From IMG/VR virus record IMGVR_UViG_3300023293_000007, positions 1 through 33,844 of that record: DNA of 33,844 bases, one strand, 5' to 3'. Below the pieces are notes generated by a model, which was not told the DNA's origin, searched no databases, and saw nothing but the letters and a program-made list of their open reading frames with translations. The first letter of the stretch is position 1. Each line of letters starts with the position of its first letter. The DNA comes from a virus. Lineage: Duplodnaviria > Caudoviricetes. Shown piece by piece: positions 32,784 through 33,844 of this stretch. A program made the position numbers and the translations under genes.

Positions 32784-33844
32784 TGGCGTATGTCAGTATT
32801 GATTTACCTGCTGGAATATTCAACCACGGTACAGAGCTAGATTCGACTGGACGGTGGAGAGACGCTAACCTTATACGGTGGGAAAACAATTCTATTCGCC
32901 CTGTCGGTGGGTGGACTACTCGCGTGTCTAGCGCATTTGCTGCGGCTCCGCGTGGAGTTATAACCTTGGCCGATAACAACTCAGATGCTCACATTGCAGC
33001 AGGGACATACAATAAACTTTATGCAGTTAATGCAGGGGGTGTCGTTAGTGATATAACCCCAACAGCCTTAACCTCTGGCGATTTAGATGCTGACGTCAAT
33101 CTAGGCTATAGCGGATCTTTCTGGGGCACTATTACTTATGGAACAAACAGGCCAAGCAATGGCGTTCCTGCTGAGGCTACGTCCTGGTCTTTAGACACAT
33201 GGGGCCAGTATTTGATTGCCTGCTCAAGCAAGGATGGAAAGATATACCAGTGGGAGCTGGATGGTGCGACAATTGCTGCGCCTTTGACAAATGCTCCTGT
33301 TGATAATGGTGCTATTGTGGTTACTGATGAGCGATTTATCTTTGCGCTTGGATCAGGCAATAACCCACGGCTAGTCAAATGGTGTGATCGTGAAGATAAT
33401 ACAGACTGGACTCCAACAGCAGTTAACCAGGCTGGTGATCTTGAATTGCAAACATCTGGAAAAATAGTTTCTGGATTAAGGGTGCGTGGAAGAACACTAA
33501 TCCTTACTAACGTCGATGCTCATGTTGCCACCTACAGTGGACCACCAACAGTTTACGGCTTCCAGAGGGTAGGCACATCTTGTGGCTCTATCTCTCGTCT
33601 AGGGGCTGTTGCTGTTGACGAAGGCGCTTACTGGATGGGTGCTAAGTCATTTTACGTCTATAATGGATCATCTGTACAAGAAATGCCATGTGACGTCATG
33701 GACCATGTATTTAATGGTATGAACACCTCACAGCGATCTAAGGTATGCGCCGTCCATAACTCTCAATTTGGCGAGGTATGGTGGTTTTACCCAAGCACCG
33801 CCTCTGTAGAGAATGATAGGTACGTTGTATATGATTATAAAGAA
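32783..33844 (+). CDS. N-terminal part of tail/packaged-DNA stabilisation protein (492 aa once circularised, ending at 544)
   Basis: TAATG coupling; MAYVSIDLPAGIFNHGTELDSTGRWRDANLIRW...; in frame with ATG 33719 (=position 2); omitted from ORF track because no stop lies in the window. Confidence 0.8.
   Translation, partial: MAYVSIDLPAGIFNHGTELDSTGRWRDANLIRWENNSIRPVGGWTTRVSSAFAAAPRGVITLADNNSDAHIAAGTYNKLYAVNAGGVVSDITPTALTSGDLDADVNLGYSGSFWGTITYGTNRPSNGVPAEATSWSLDTWGQYLIACSSKDGKIYQWELDGATIAAPLTNAPVDNGAIVVTDERFIFALGSGNNPRLVKWCDREDNTDWTPTAVNQAGDLELQTSGKIVSGLRVRGRTLILTNVDAHVATYSGPPTVYGFQRVGTSCGSISRLGAVAVDEGAYWMGAKSFYVYNGSSVQEMPCDVMDHVFNGMNTSQRSKVCAVHNSQFGEVWWFYPSTASVENDRYVVYDYKE
33718..33844. repeat. 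127-bp terminal direct repeat (right copy)
   Basis: Identical to 1-127. Confidence 0.95.

Overview
This window is an apparently complete, circularly permuted genome of a tailed dsDNA phage of about 33.7 kb. Positions 1-127 are identical to 33718-33844, and one gene reads across that join. The architecture is podovirus-like: P22-type portal, adaptor, stabilisation and ejection genes, and no recognisable tape measure or sheath. The SSB and sigma70-type promoters suggest a proteobacterial host (inference). There are four transcription blocks. (1) A late block on + from 25326 through the join to 13432 holds TerS, TerL, adaptor, tail fibre, holins, tail-stabilisation and ejection proteins, then portal, scaffold, major capsid and an M15 endolysin. 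(2) A leftward block from 20159 to 13484 holds an XRE HTH, a C5 DNA methyltransferase, a replication initiator with internal iterons, small accessory genes, and NinB-like and NinG-like genes. (3) A rightward block from 20281 to 24469 holds ERF, YqaJ exonuclease, SSB and a metallophosphoesterase. (4) A small leftward operon runs from 24983 to 24567. No integrase, tRNA or CRISPR array was seen. The most notable features are a cassette-like array of about 10 small unrelated genes separated by nine copies of a ~20-bp junction repeat (GTGGGGGTGAAGTGATG), and a methyltransferase locus that is open in two frames over about 1 kb, with a motif IX-like segment and W[AP]TP repeats in the second frame. 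Also notable are a dispersed TGGTATAATCG late-promoter motif and a head module separated from the terminase. All product calls come from motif recognition by eye; no database searches were run.
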